Positions 43,375 through 56,587 of a stretch of 64,000 nt of DNA are shown in pieces; position 1 is the stretch's first letter, and each line of letters opens with the position of its first letter. The translations under genes were made by a program, and so were the position numbers. The stretch is from Eledone cirrhosa. Lineage: Eukaryota. A model generated the notes under the pieces. The model had not been told where the DNA came from and did not search any database. It was given only the letters and a program-made list of their open reading frames with translations. Location of the stretch: contig OZ024742.1 in the NCBI GenBank assembly GCA_964016885.1, forward strand, positions 194,060,001 to 194,124,000, in the 5' to 3' direction.

Positions 43375-44472
43375 TTGTATGTATACGTACATAGAGATAT
43401 GTATACAGACGTACAGTTGTATGTATATATATATACATACATGCACACATATATATATGCACGTATCGGTTTACCGAACATTTATTATAAAGCTCGGTTT
43501 GTTTGTAAACAAACAAACAACCCGAATTACGCCGTACAGTGTTTAGGCAAACACGTCACCATTTGTTCAACACTGACAAAGGAACGAAGTACTAGTTTCA
43601 AGCTTATTAGCTATCGTCAGCATCGTATACCTTCCTGCCAGATGGTTGAACGTCTGAAAGTATATATTTTCTTATGCATATTAACGGCTGAGCAGGATAA
43701 TTTGCCTATCGAGTGAGTTTAGTCGGCCGGGCGCACCGAAACAATAAATGGAATAGAATGAAACGAAACTACATTTCTCACGGCAGTTACTTAAATGTAA
43801 GTATGTATGTATACGTACATACATATATGTATACAGACGCGAGCATTATAATAAATGTTCGGTAAACCGATACGTGCATATATATGTGTGTATGTATGTA
43901 TATATATATATACATACTACTGTACGTCTGTATAGATATATGTATGTACGTATACATACATACATACATACATTTAAGGAACTGCCGTTCTAAGAGTGAG
44001 AAATGAAATTTCGTTTCATTCTGTTCCATTTATCGTTATCGGTGCGCCCGGTCGACTAAACTCACTCGATATGCAAATTAGGCTGCTCGGCCGTTAATAT
44101 GCATAAGGAAAGTATATACTTTCAGACGTTCAACTATCTGGCAGGAAGTTATATGATGCTGAATATAGCTAGTAATCTTGAAACTAGTACATCGTTCCTG
44201 TGTCAGTGTTGAACAATAAGGTGACGTGGTTGCCTAAACACTGTACGGCGTAATTCGGGCTGTTTGTTTGTTTACAAACGAACCGAGCATTATAATAAAT
44301 GTTCGGTAAACCGATACGTGCATATATACATGTGTGCATGTAGGTATATATATACATACTACTGTACGTCTGTATACATATATGCATGTACGTATACATG
44401 CATACATACTTAGATTTAAGTAACTGCCGTACTAAAAGTGAGAAATGAAATTTCATTTCATTCTATTCCATT
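43375..44472. mobile_element. Second head-to-head insertion of the 440-bp HHR family
   Basis: Homologous to 23864-25098; HHRs at 43584-43626(-) and 44153-44195(+, core mutated). Confidence 0.78.
43584..43626 (-). ncRNA. Minimal hammerhead ribozyme, intact core
   Basis: Reverse strand: acgatg-CTGACGA-tagct aata agctt-GAAA-CTAG-TA-cttcgt. Confidence 0.85.
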
Positions 44473-44507
44473 TATATATATATTTATATATATATAAATA
44501 TATATAT

Positions 44508-45322
44508 ATACTTGGGGAGGGACATATTTGTCTACTTGTGGCACAAGGCCGGCAATTATCCCAGTGTATTACTGGTACTTTATTTTATCGACCCCGTAAG
44601 GATGAAAGGCAAAGTTAACCTCGGCGGGATTTGAACTCAGTCCGTAAAGGGATGTAACTGTGCTGCAAAGCATGACGTCCGACCCTCTACCGATACTGCC
44701 AATCCACCGCCTTTGTGTAATAATATTTCCAGAATTAATAACAGAACACACTCACTCTTTGGTTGGTTTTCGCTTCTGTGTCTTTTATATCGGTTAGTTT
44801 AATTTATTCGGTCCTCAATGTTACCATTGACTGATAAACGGTCCAAAATACAGATATAATAAAGACACAAACATATATATATTGTCTAACAAAGTTCTTT
44901 CGTTGCACATCTGCAACATCGTCAGTGGTGCTATTATGTTTCCTCCTGTTGTATTGTATGCCTACCCCATATTTTTTAGTCTGTTTATTTATTTATTTAA
45001 ATATAAATAAATAAACAAATAAACAGTCTAAATAAAGACGGCGTAGGCATACAATACAACAGGAGGAAACATAATATCACCACTGACGATGTTGCAAATG
45101 TGCAACGAAAGAACTTTGTTAGACTGTATATATGTGTTTGTGTCTATATTATATCTGTATTTTTGACGATTTGTCAGTCAATGGTAACATTGAGGTCCGA
45201 ATAATTTAAACTAACCGATATAAAAGACACAGAAGCGAAAACCAACCAAACGGTGAGTGTGTTCTGTTATTAATTCTGGCAATATTATTACACAAACATG
45301 AGCCTCCCCAAGTATAACAATA
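44508..45322. mobile_element. Head-to-head pair of Neptune-related pLTRs, left arm interrupted by a SINE
   Basis: Inverted repeat centred near 45000; HHRs at 44888-44930(-) and 45078-45120(+): CTGACGA-t-gttgca/tgcaac-GAAA-gaac-TT; terminus ctccccaagtataacaatat resembles the Neptune end at 47853-47880. Confidence 0.75.
44527..44711 (-). mobile_element. tRNA-derived SINE (Nin-domain-like)
   Basis: Near-identical to 31257-31432. Confidence 0.85.
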
Positions 45323-45384
45323 TTTGTTTCGACACACGATTTCATATTTAAAAAAACCTCACAAAACTAAAATATATATATATA

Positions 45385-45429
45385 TTCCTGAAGATTTCAT
45401 CTGAATGAAACAGTACTAGTCCTGTAGAA
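45385..45429 (+). ncRNA. Type I hammerhead ribozyme, isolated between (TA)n runs
   Basis: ttc-CTGAAGA-tttca tc tgaat-GAAA-cag tactagtc ctg-TA-gaa. Confidence 0.8.
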
Positions 45430-45679
45430 GCTCCTTCTATACAATAAATATATATATATAAATTTATTAAAATAACAGATTAAAGTTTAAGCAAAGAATC
45501 GCTGCTTTCACCCTTAATGGGATCTTATATTACTATATATATATATATATATAATTCGTTTCTGAATTTGTTTAGCAAGTTTCTTTATCTGAAATCGTGT
45601 GTTGAAACCGATATTGTTATACTTTGGGAGGGTCATGTTGCCAGTAGCTACATTGCTAGTAGCTAACATTGCTAGTAAG

Positions 45680-47479
45680 GACAGACTGTCCTGCTTCCTC
45701 TCCCTGATCATACGCCCCCTCATTGAAATGTCCCCAGATGTATGTGACAGCACGGAGGACCTCCTCAGAAGAATAGGCGTGGGTAACCGATCTGGGGACC
45801 TGACAAACTGCATAATAGGCAGTATGGATGTTGTGTCCCTGTATCCATCTATTGACGTGGATTTTGCTGTGGAGAAATGCGTAGAAATGATCAGTGAGAG
45901 CAAAGTTCAGTTCCGTGAGATTGATACCAGTGAGCTGGGACTCCTACTTAAGCTTACCTATAGTAATAATTACCTAGACACATATGACCTTAGCAACCTG
46001 TGCCCTACAAGACCAGCAAGAGGCAGACCACCTACCATTATCTCAATGGCCAAGAAAACCCACACAAATAGTTGGAACGGGTGGACCAGAGCCATACGGA
46101 AACCCGAAAACCACGATAAACTGAAGAAAATGATTGCACATGCGGTAGGGGCCAGCATAAAACTAACCCTTATGGAACATATGTTCAAATTTAATAGAAA
46201 AACATATGCCCAAGAGGAAGGAGCAGCCATTGGTGTTAGCATTGCAGGTGACATAGCTAACTTATTCATGGTATGGTGGGACAGTAGACTTAAACTTAAA
46301 CTTAAAGAACAATTAGAAGACCACTTAACCCTGATAATGTACTCCCGCTACGTAGATGATATAAACATCGTAGTTAAGACACCCCCAATAGAGAACAGTC
46401 AGGAACTAGAGAAAAACACAATGGAAAGCATCCAGCAAATAGCAAACTCCATCCACCAGAGCATTAGAGTTACTATAGACTACCCAAGTAAACACCCCAA
46501 ACATCGATTACCTGTACTAGACACAGAGCTCTAGTTAGATACCATTAACAACAATAAACAAATCCTCCATTCCCATTATGCCAAACCCATGACTTCCAAA
46601 CATCTGATCCACCGAAACTCGGCCGTTTCGGACCATACCAAAGTCAACATACTGATTGCGGATTTGGTACGGGTGATGAGAAATGTGTCCCGCATGTGCA
46701 AGCCCGAAGAACTAGAGAGACATATACAACACTTCATCCACCGTATGCAGTTCTCTGGCTACAATCAGAGAGATAAAATCAGAGTGTATAGAGGAGCCAG
46801 AACCAAATGGGAAAAAATGGTAAATAATGACACAAATGGGACCTGCCCCTTGTATAGGAGCAAATTTTGGAATAGAATAGAAAGAACTAGGAACAAGGCT
46901 AATAGAATAAACTCATGGTATGATAGCAATAAATACCAGAGTGTAATGTTCATCGATACAACCCCTAGAGGTGAATTAGCTTACAAATTTAGAAGGGCCC
47001 TAAATAAACATAAACTCAATATTAAGATAGTAGAAAGACCAGGTACCTCCGTAAAAACAATTATTAGCAAGACATACCCTTTTCAAAGACCCTCATGTAT
47101 AGATAAGAAATGTATAACCTGTAAAATAAGCCCCCATATTAACTGTAAAACTAGAAATGTAGTGTATAGCATAAAATGTACTGAAGGACAATGTAGAGAC
47201 AAAAATATAGTGTACATAGGTGAGACAGCTCGTAGTATAGGGGAACGGATAAATGAACACTGGCGAGACCTTCAAGATAATAAAGAATCATCTGTACTCT
47301 ACCAACATGCTAAAATAGAACACAAGGGTAAATTAGAGAACATAGAAATAAAAATAGAATCTACACACAGAAAAGACGCAATGTTTAGACGAATTACAGA
47401 GGCAATAAACATAAAAGAATTACAACCAAAATTAAATAGAAAATATGAGTGGAACAGCAACATCACAACTTACAATTAA
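45680..47479 (+). pseudogene. PLE reverse transcriptase + GIY-YIG endonuclease, one in-frame TAG at 46532
   Basis: GSMDVVSLYPSID, GAAIG..IANLFMVWWD, RYVDD, DYPSKH..LPVLD, YAKPM, C..C...C, VVY..YIGETARS.GER..EH; the two ORFs share one frame; paralog has TGG at the stop. Confidence 0.9.
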
Positions 47480-47679
47480 GGACAAAATGAAAACACACAC
47501 ACACATAGAACAAACAACCAACCAGTAACATGTAAATAAACAAATAAATAAATGAACATAAACACACACAGACACCCGGATGTGGCGCATGCGCAGACTG
47601 AGCACACAACACACACACAGAAACAAAATGGCGTAGGATAGAACAAAGAAGAGGCACAGAAACAAAGAAAGGAATCCCC

Positions 47680-47724
47680 AGTCACTGAAGAGGTCACAGA
47701 GTGTGTGACCAAAGAACTATGACT
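47680..47724 (+). ncRNA. Minimal hammerhead in Neptune pLTR (G12 mutated)
   Basis: agtca-CTGAAGA-g-gtcaca..tgtgac-CAAA-gaac-TA-tgact. Confidence 0.7.
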
Positions 47725-48118
47725 ATATATAAACAACTATCTGGTTGTGGAACCAACCAACCAACCAGAAATTTATAAATTTATAAATTTATTATAAATT
47801 TATTATAATAAATTGAAGTGAAAGCAACTGGTGCGTGTGTTCCTTATTGGCAACATGACCCTCCCAAAGTATAACAATATATATATATGTATAAATTAGA
47901 ATTGGTGCTCTGAAATAGCGATATATATATGAATGTATATATACTGTATTTTGCAATACACCGTATCCTTAATTAAAAGCATTTCGAAGACCTTATGCTA
48001 TTGTTTTATAGTAGTGACAGTCTCACTTACTGTCACTACTCTAAAACAATAGCATAAGGTATTCGAAATGGTTTTAATTAAGCAACCAGTGTATTGCAAA
48101 ACATACTATATATATACA

Positions 48119-48508
<390 letters not shown>

Positions 48509-48680
48509 TTATATGTGTGTGTGTGTATGTAAATATATTCGTCTACAAAATTCCATTCAAATGCCATTGATCCACTCGACAACTGAAACCAAAAACAAAT
48601 AGCTGCTATGCAATCTCCTCAAAAAAAAAAAATATATATATATATATATAAAAGAATAGAGGTGTAACACACAAGTTATT

Positions 48681-49083
48681 ATATATTGGTAAACGGAATA
48701 GAAAATGCTGACAAATTGTTCACAGTTGAAAAATGGTTTAATTAGGAATAAAAGAGTATTAGTGATTGTATGGGTTAGTATTCAGTTGTGGTTTTAAGTT
48801 TTTAAGTTTTTACCAGTTGCGCAATTCTAAATGCTTTTCAAAAATAATTTTGAGATAGAGTGTCCGTGCTGTTTGCTCTGATCTAATTAGTTTTTGGAAT
48901 TCTACCTGTTTTTATGTTAAAAAAGTGGCTCCAGCGTTATTTTTGTGTTGCAAAAATTCTTGTGGTCAAAACAATGTTGATTGGTCGGTAGAGGTCATGT
49001 GAATGTAAAAAGTTGATTTTGCGCCAAGACTGTTTTTATGTTAAAAAAGTGGCTCCAGCAAACACACACACACATACCCACTG

Positions 49084-49143
<60 letters not shown>

Positions 49144-49212
49144 ATCTTAATAGCCATTTGACACACATCGCTGCTGGCCATTGTCGCAGCATCGAACACC
49201 TTACTACTACTA

Positions 49213-49292
<80 letters not shown>

Positions 49293-49783
49293 ACACACAC
49301 ACATATTTGTTGTGAAAGAGTCATTTCTCAATCTTGGCGCAAAACCAATGTTTTATCCACATGACCTCTACCGACCAATCAAAATTGTTTTGACCAAGAA
49401 TTTTTGCTGGAGCCACTTTTTTAACATAAAAACAGTCTTGGCGCAAAATCAACTTTTTACATTCACATGACCTCTACCGACCAATCAAAATTGTTTTGAC
49501 CACAAGCATTTTTGCAACACAAAAATAACGCTGGAGCCACTTTTTTAACATAAAAACAGGTAGAATTCCCAAAACTAATCAGATCAGAGCAAACAGCACG
49601 GACACTCTATCTCAAAATTATTTTTGAAAAGCATTTAGAAATGCGCAACCGGTAAAAACTTAAAAACTTAAAACCACAACTGAATACTAACCCATACAAT
49701 CACTAATACTCTTTTATTCCTAATTAAACCACTTTTCAACTGTGAACAATTTGTCAGCATTTTCTATTCCGTTTACCAATATA
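48681..49783. repeat. ~1.1-kb fold-back (arms ~380 bp) around a (CA)n-rich spacer
   Basis: 48681-49061 is reverse-complementary to 49401-49783; internal ~130-bp direct repeat. Confidence 0.85.
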
Positions 49784-49827
49784 TATATATATATATATAC
49801 AAAGACACACACACACACACACACACT

Positions 49828-49868
<41 letters not shown>

Positions 49869-50081
49869 AACTAATATAAATGAGTCAAATATTTAAAATT
49901 TGGCTTCGTTTATTACTGCTATATATATTTCGGTGACAGCCATCTTTGGCTCTGACCTCTTCAAGCATGATTCCAGTTCCTCAGTGAAATAACAACCCAA
50001 CCAGGAACTGGGCATATCAGAGTATTTACAAAGTTAAACACCTCAACAACATCTTTACTCGTCTCTACCACACTAATTCTG

Positions 50082-50117
50082 ACTGCCTGAAGAGGTCACC
50101 GAAATATATATAGTAGT
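50082..50117 (+). ncRNA. Minimal hammerhead; partner on minus strand at 49915-49967
   Basis: actgc-CTGAAGA-ggtcacc-GAAA-TATATA-TA-gtagt; left arm has longer helix II and a C3 mutation. Confidence 0.7.
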
Positions 50118-50277
50118 AATAAAGAAAACAAACTTTTAATATTTGACTTATATATTTTTGTTTATTTTATATTACTCCGGAGTAACCAAACCAACCTGCG
50201 CACTTCGTCGAGTGCCCCAATCTGCATACGGAAGTGTTAGTATACAACCAACTTATACTTAATATATATATATATAA

Positions 50278-50349
<72 letters not shown>

Positions 50350-50493
50350 GAATACACAAAAAGTTATGTTTTCAACTATAGGGGATAGAATACCACCAGA
50401 GTCAAAAACATATTGTGTACGAAAGGAATGGAGAATACATATCAATTAAAAGAATAAATTAAAATATACAAACCATCCGATTATAACTATAAT

Positions 50494-50568
50494 ACCTGGA
50501 CAAGCTCGCCAGCATGTTTCGCCACAAGTAATGTGTAGATTCACACCGTGGAGCGCTTATCAACAGGT
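50494..50568 (-). ncRNA. Hammerhead ribozyme with U3-A8 core (left arm of inverted repeat 50380-51062)
   Basis: Reverse strand: acctg-TTGATAA-gc...gc-GAAA-catgct ggcg agcttg-TC-caggt. Confidence 0.75.
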
Positions 50569-50872
50569 GGTCAAAGAATATAATCCACACTTCTAAAAAT
50601 ATATCAGATAACTAGTATATACAGATGGTGGAAAGAGAAAACATGTGACCTATACAGTAAGTGTGAATGGACCAAAAGACCACTAAAATCAGCAGCTGAG
50701 AACCATTCAACTTACGAGGCTCTATTTACATATAGAAATTAATTAGCAGCAAAAATATAAATAAAACAAATGAGTTAAAGACTCACGTTAATCCCCTATA
50801 ATTTCGTGAGCTCAAGGAATCGTATATTAGTTATCTGATATCATTTTAGTAGTGTGATCGTATTTTTGGTCC

Positions 50873-50947
50873 ACCTGTTGATAAGCCGTCAACGGTATGA
50901 ATCTACCCTTTATTTGTGGCAAAACATGCTTTGCAGCATATACAGGT
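50873..50947 (+). ncRNA. Hammerhead ribozyme with U3-A8 core (right arm, G12 mutated)
   Basis: acctg-TTGATAA-gcc...ggc-AAAA-catgct ttgc agcata-TA-caggt. Confidence 0.65.
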
Positions 50948-51219
50948 GTTATAGTTATAAACGGATGGTTTGGATATTTTAATTTATTCTGTTAATTGAT
51001 ATGTATACTCCATTCCATTCGTAGACAATATGGTTTTCACTCTGGTGGTATTCTATCCCCTATGTGTGTCTCTCTGTGTGTGTGTGTATGTGTGTGTGTG
51101 CGTGTGTGTGTGACAGCTCACACGTATGCAGGTTTAGCTGGCCTCCTCCAAGATATATCTCGTTGGGGAAGACTTGGGTAATTTAATGATAGGGACCCCA
51201 GTCCTATCATCGCATTTCT

Positions 51220-51350
51220 ACAGCTGAGTAAACTGGAGCAACGTGAAATAAAGTGTGTTGCTCAAAGGAACAACACATCACCTGGTCCGAGAACTGAACT
51301 CACAACCTTTCGATTGCAAGCCCAATGCTCTAACCACTAAGCCATGCGCC
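51220..51350 (-). mobile_element. CORE-type SINE 5' part
   Basis: Reverse strand ggcgcatggcttagtggttagagc..gtgagttcagttc..tgttcctttgagcaacacactttatttcacgttgctcc. Confidence 0.75.
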
Positions 51351-51517
51351 TTCATCCCTATGATTAAACAAACACCTCTTTGTGGGATTTTCTCTATATA
51401 CTCTCTTATAAACAGCCCGGTATCGATCCTTGAGCTCATTAAATTATAAGGTATTGAGGCTTTATATATATATTTATATATATATATTATATATAAATTG
51501 AGGCTTTATATATATAT

Positions 51518-51666
51518 ATTATTTCTGAAGACGGCATATATATGTGTTTGGTATGTATATTTAATTTTGATAGTTTGTATAATTTTGTATAATTTTGTAC
51601 ATAGATCTGTTGAATATGCATGCCAATTCTAACACATATATATCCTAGAAACGATCGTTAAATAAT
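51518..51666 (+). ncRNA. Hammerhead ribozyme with ~115-nt helix II insertion
   Basis: attattt-CTGAAGA-..atatatatgtgtt/aacacatatatat..-GAAA-CGATCG-TT-aaataat. Confidence 0.75.
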
Positions 51667-52774
51667 GAACTTTTTTTGTTTAATATAAGGAACTATTTCA
51701 TTGTTTTATTCATTATTTTTTTTTATATTTTATCTTGACTCTGTATTCCGTTTATCTTTCACCGAAAGTGATTGTTCATTGCATCTCTTCTTTCCATGAT
51801 ATCCGGATTACATTGAGTTCTTCATACGGATTGGACACTACCGTAAACTCTTGGTAGATTTATCTCTCTCTCTCTATATATATATATATACAGCTAATAT
51901 TCTTTATCAATTTAGAATCTTTTTCTCAAAGGCACATATATATATATACACTTCTTTTAAAAATATACCCATCTTTCTATCTTATTTCAAAGGTTATTAT
52001 ACATTCTATAATACTTGTTACTCATTCTACATCGCTCCTATTTATCACTTCCCTTTCTTCTCTTTTTCTTTTAATGTCTAACCCCTAATCTGTACCTTTT
52101 CTCACTGTTGCCTAACATAGAATCAATTATTACATAATACAATACATTCTTACACTATATCACCTTGTAAAAATCCTTCGTAAACATATATATTTTTTTG
52201 ACGTTAGATTATTCATCCTCAATTCATTATTCTTTTCTCCCTTTCATCTAACTCATTCATGCTCATCTCACAATATATCCTTACTTAAATAACCTGTTAT
52301 TCCTTTTAATAATACATATCAACATTTTCTTTCCATCGCACATATTATTAAACCCTTAAATATTATTCTTAATACATATTAACATTTTCTTTTCATCGCA
52401 CATATTATTAAACCCCTCAATATACAAACCTTAACTTTACATTATTTTTCTCTTCGTTAATTTTCAAATTCTTTTAATTTATACATTATGTTCCAACGGT
52501 TTTCAACCTCTCTATGTAAAACAATATCTCTTTCTCAGTTATAAAAGCTATCTCTCTCTCTCTATCACCCATCTCTCCTCCTATCTCATCCTTCCTCATT
52601 ATACTCCTCCCTCTCCACTTTTTACTCTCATCTCCTCCTCTTTTTCATCCCCCCCCCCTCCTCAAAATAAAATATGTTTCCCAATATCACACATCAATCT
52701 AAAACTACTTCTCATATGTTGATTTAAAACTGAACTATCCACAAGTGTTTTTTAACCTTCATATCATGTCTTCC

Positions 52775-52846
52775 TGTTTTATCTGATGAAAACACAAATA
52801 TTATTGCATGATGATATTTGTTTTTGAAGTGCGCTTTTTAAAATAC
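52775..52846 (+). ncRNA. Decayed hammerhead-like motif at the end of a pyrimidine-rich PLE-type UTR
   Basis: tgttttat-CTGATGA-aaacacaaatatt/gatatttgtttt-GAAG-tgcgct. Confidence 0.4.
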
Positions 52847-52968
52847 ATGGAAGTCTTTTAACCATCTTTTGTTCTTATATATTATGTATACTCCAGTCCT
52901 ACAAACTGTAGAGTGCTTCTTATCCGATATCTGCATTGTTTTATTGTACTACAATAAAACTCACCTCC

Positions 52969-53032
<64 letters not shown>

Positions 53033-53228
53033 GTATAGGGTTACCCAAGATGTAGTAATGGTTAATTACTACACTGGATATCGTTGACGTACGGTGAGAG
53101 GCTGGTTACTCTACGAGTTATGGAAGAAGTGTTGAAGAAACTTAGTTCCTGATCCTTCTGTATTCCGGAGTGTATATAAAGAATGAATAATAACAGGTAG
53201 ACATCATAAAAAGGTAATTTATTCCGTG

Positions 53229-53340
53229 TGCTTACAAATGTTTCCACGGTGGTACTACAGCCTAGTTATGCTATTTGCAAATTTATAAGTATTTGCAGAA
53301 CTCAAATATCCAATGCTGTGACCACTGTATCCTCAGAGCA
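53229..53340 (-). ncRNA. Hammerhead ribozyme followed by AATAAA
   Basis: Reverse strand: tgct-CTGAGGA-tacagtgg...ccaccgtg-GAAA-CATTTG-TA-agca. Confidence 0.8.
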
Positions 53341-53821
53341 GAATGGTAAAATTTACAATGTAAATACCCTCAAGTGGGGTTGTTGGGGAAGATAGAGTAG
53401 AAAAGGAAGAGAGAAAAGTAGGCGAGAGGGAGAGAGAGAGAAAGATATGCAGGGGTTGGAGAAGTAGGAGAGAGTGGTTTGTAGATATCTTAATCAAAAT
53501 GTTATGGTAGGGGTTTTATTATACTGGTTACTTTTGGAGAGATGCGTTGATAGTTAAGGTCGGAATTATTTATTGCCCCAGAGGGCAGGTTCATAGATGT
53601 GGAGAGGGAGGTAGGCCAAAGGCGAGAGAGAGAGAGTGTAATGGATGTAGATAGAGAGGTAGAGAGGGGACAGACGAAGTTTATGTGGTGAGTTAACTTT
53701 GGGTTTGTAGTAGTAATCTGTGCATTGCACTAAGTTACCATTTATAGTGATAAGCAGTGTATTGTCTTGTAGTGTGGGGGAAGAGAAGGTGGTTAGCTAG
53801 AAAGCGATGTTATAGTAACAA

Positions 53822-54290
53822 CCCGCTTTCCTGTCTCCACAGTGCCGGCCGTGTTCCACGCCATGCTGCCCTCAACGAGGTCATAATGCATGGCTTGGAC
53901 GCTGCAGATTTCCCATCCCAGCTCGAGCCGGTGCGGCTGGACCATCTTCCTGTCCGCGGTGGCAAACCGCTCGTCTGGGATGCCACTTGCACCGACACTT
54001 CTACAGCCGCAACCTGGTGCAGCCTGCGACTAACCCAAGTTCTGCTGCACGTCGGGCTGAGGAGTCCAAACTCCTCAAATAACGATCGCTCGCCGACAGG
54101 TTTGCGATTGTACCCCTGGCAGGGGAGACTTCTGGTCTCCTCAGCCCTAGGGCTAGCTCCCTACTCATCACCATAGGCGCTGAGCTTGCCAGCCGCAGGT
54201 GTGAGCCCCGCGAGTTCGAGTGGCTTTTTCAGCGTGTCTCCCCTGCCATCCTTCAGGGAAATGCCTTCTACATTCTGCCCGCCGGGGCTA
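53822..54290 (+). mobile_element. CRE-like non-LTR retrotransposon, zinc knuckle/RLE C-terminal fragment
   Basis: [21 protein letters not shown]....[43 protein letters not shown]. Confidence 0.75.
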
Positions 54291-56502
54291 TGGGGGGACC
54301 CCATCGCGTATCATTCCATATTTACGTATGGTCGACATTTTTTTTCAGAATAAAATTATACGATATCGTAATGATCTATACCGTGCGGTGGCTGATGAGG
54401 AACCTACTTTATTTTGCTGGTTGTCACTTCAATATCTAAGTTCGTTTTTATAACAATGCGTGGCATCTAGTGCAAGAGTCATTAACCACATCATGGAAGC
54501 AGCTGAAACATTGTGAGTGAAATTGAATAGACAGAAACTGTCGAAGTCCGTCGAATTGATTTTGCTTCCAATTAGAAGGCAATTCCTGGCCCTAATTGCC
54601 ACGCTAAACATTCTGTTTGTGGGTCTCTATGCAATGCTCAGCCAATTGTCCGTTAATTTCTGAGCAGGATGTTCTGTTGATCGAACAATTGGTATACACA
54701 ACGTCGAAAGCGACGGAGTTTCATTTCCTTTTATCCTGTTTTAGTTAATAATTGAAATGTTTTAAATATTTGCTTAACATATCTGATTTTCTCATAAATT
54801 AGATGATTATTTTTCGTGTTGATTCTATTTATCTATTTTTGTAATCATTTTGTTTATTAATCTCATTATTGCAGTAAACTCCATAGATTAGCAAAATCAG
54901 TAGAATGTTGTCGGAGAGAAAGTTTGGTGACATTTAGCTTCGTGGGACCCAATTTGGTTTTCGTTCTCGCTGGCATATAAAATAAATATGAATAGAATAT
55001 ATGAAATCGATGTTTCCCAGCCCACTGGTAGTGCTTTGGGTGTGCGTTTCTGTTCTCTTGTGCTCACGGCCCCTGCAGTTGCAAACTGACCCAGACACTC
55101 TCTTAAACTTGCAAACACTTATCCAGAAGGAACATTCATGGTGTGACAGCTGGAAAGATAGAGAATGTTGTACCGGCAGTTGAATGATACTTTTTATCGA
55201 CCCTCAAGAGAGGAAATGCGAACTGGACCGTGGCTGTATTGGAACTCAGGACATAGAAAGCCAAAATAATCACAGCATAGCAACCTTCCATACCTCTTAA
55301 CAAATCTGCCTACTTGCTGCCTATTAAAACGTATGTCATGAGGTGGTGGGGAGATGTGGATGTAATCGATTCTAACTCATCTCCAAATGCACACTCGTGC
55401 CATATGTTAGAAATCAAAACAGCTATTACTGTGAACGTTGTTCTATGCTTGATGGCATGGAGTTCGTGACCCAGATTCCAGTTTTGATACAGCCACTTTA
55501 AGATACATCTTTGCTATGTTTGAGGAAAGTGATCCACCATCTGCTCAGCTAATCATATACTTCCACTTATCAGATTGAAATTTTATGGCTAATTTATAAA
55601 CCTTATTATCGTGCTTGTCATAATTTTAATACGGCTGCTGTTGTTTTTCTTAACGTTGTTGTTATTGTTACTGCTTTTGCCTTTATTGTGAACTTGGTTG
55701 TAAATGTTAATATTTTTTTATTTTTTCTGTTGTTCATAAATCCTGTTGTAGTTGTTGCGTTAGTACTGTTGATAACGTTGTTGCTCTTGTTGTTATTAGT
55801 TATGTTACTACTACCGTTAATTCTATTCCTGTTAATGATGTTGCTGCTGCAAAGTTACTGCGTTGTTTTTCTTGTTGTTGTTGGTGTTGCGTAATTTTGA
55901 AACTAAATCTAAACCACATGCTGTACAAAATACCGTATACATTCATTTTCCTTAGAGCCAACACCTCTGCAAACAATTTCTTATCAACTAGCACATTACT
56001 ACCAACAAAGAAACAAACCAAGGATAGAGCCACAGTGTAGTCACACGACATGCTAAATATAGTAAGTAAAACAAAACTACAAATGACGCCTATTTACTTG
56101 GAAAATGAAACGACATTTTGGACAGTGTAGACCAAAATGTCTAATTAAACAGGTTCATACGTACATAAACTAAACGCACGTGGAAATACATATAAATTCC
56201 AGACTTGAAAAGGTGAAAAACAGTGAGAGGAAAATTAAAAAGATAAGATATTCATAACTGGAATTCATTTTGATTATAGACTGTTCAATGAACCTGGCGT
56301 TAAATTGCAACAACAACAACAACAACAACAGTGCTATTTTCTTTTTTCTCCTACAACAGCTGCATATGCATATACGGGTATTTCCTTTATCCTAACAGAA
56401 CCATGGAATTATAAACTTAATTGGAATTGCACGCCTTTTTTATAGATCTAGATCTGCCCTTAAGGAATAGACTTTCATCAAAATAATTCCAGTTGTCTTC
56501 AC

Positions 56503-56587
<85 letters not shown>

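Larger units (their letters stand above)
45610..47880 (+). mobile_element. Neptune-type Penelope-like element, 5'-truncated, with inverted copy of its 3' terminus at the 5' end
   Basis: RT + GIY-YIG ORF, pLTR HHR; 45610-45642 is the reverse complement of 47848-47880; 3' end abuts (TA)n. Confidence 0.93.

Noticed and set aside
54897-55150. Minus-strand acceptor (ctctatctttccag) and short open frames as a host exon
   Set aside because: No recognisable protein motif or clear donor; cannot be supported from sequence alone
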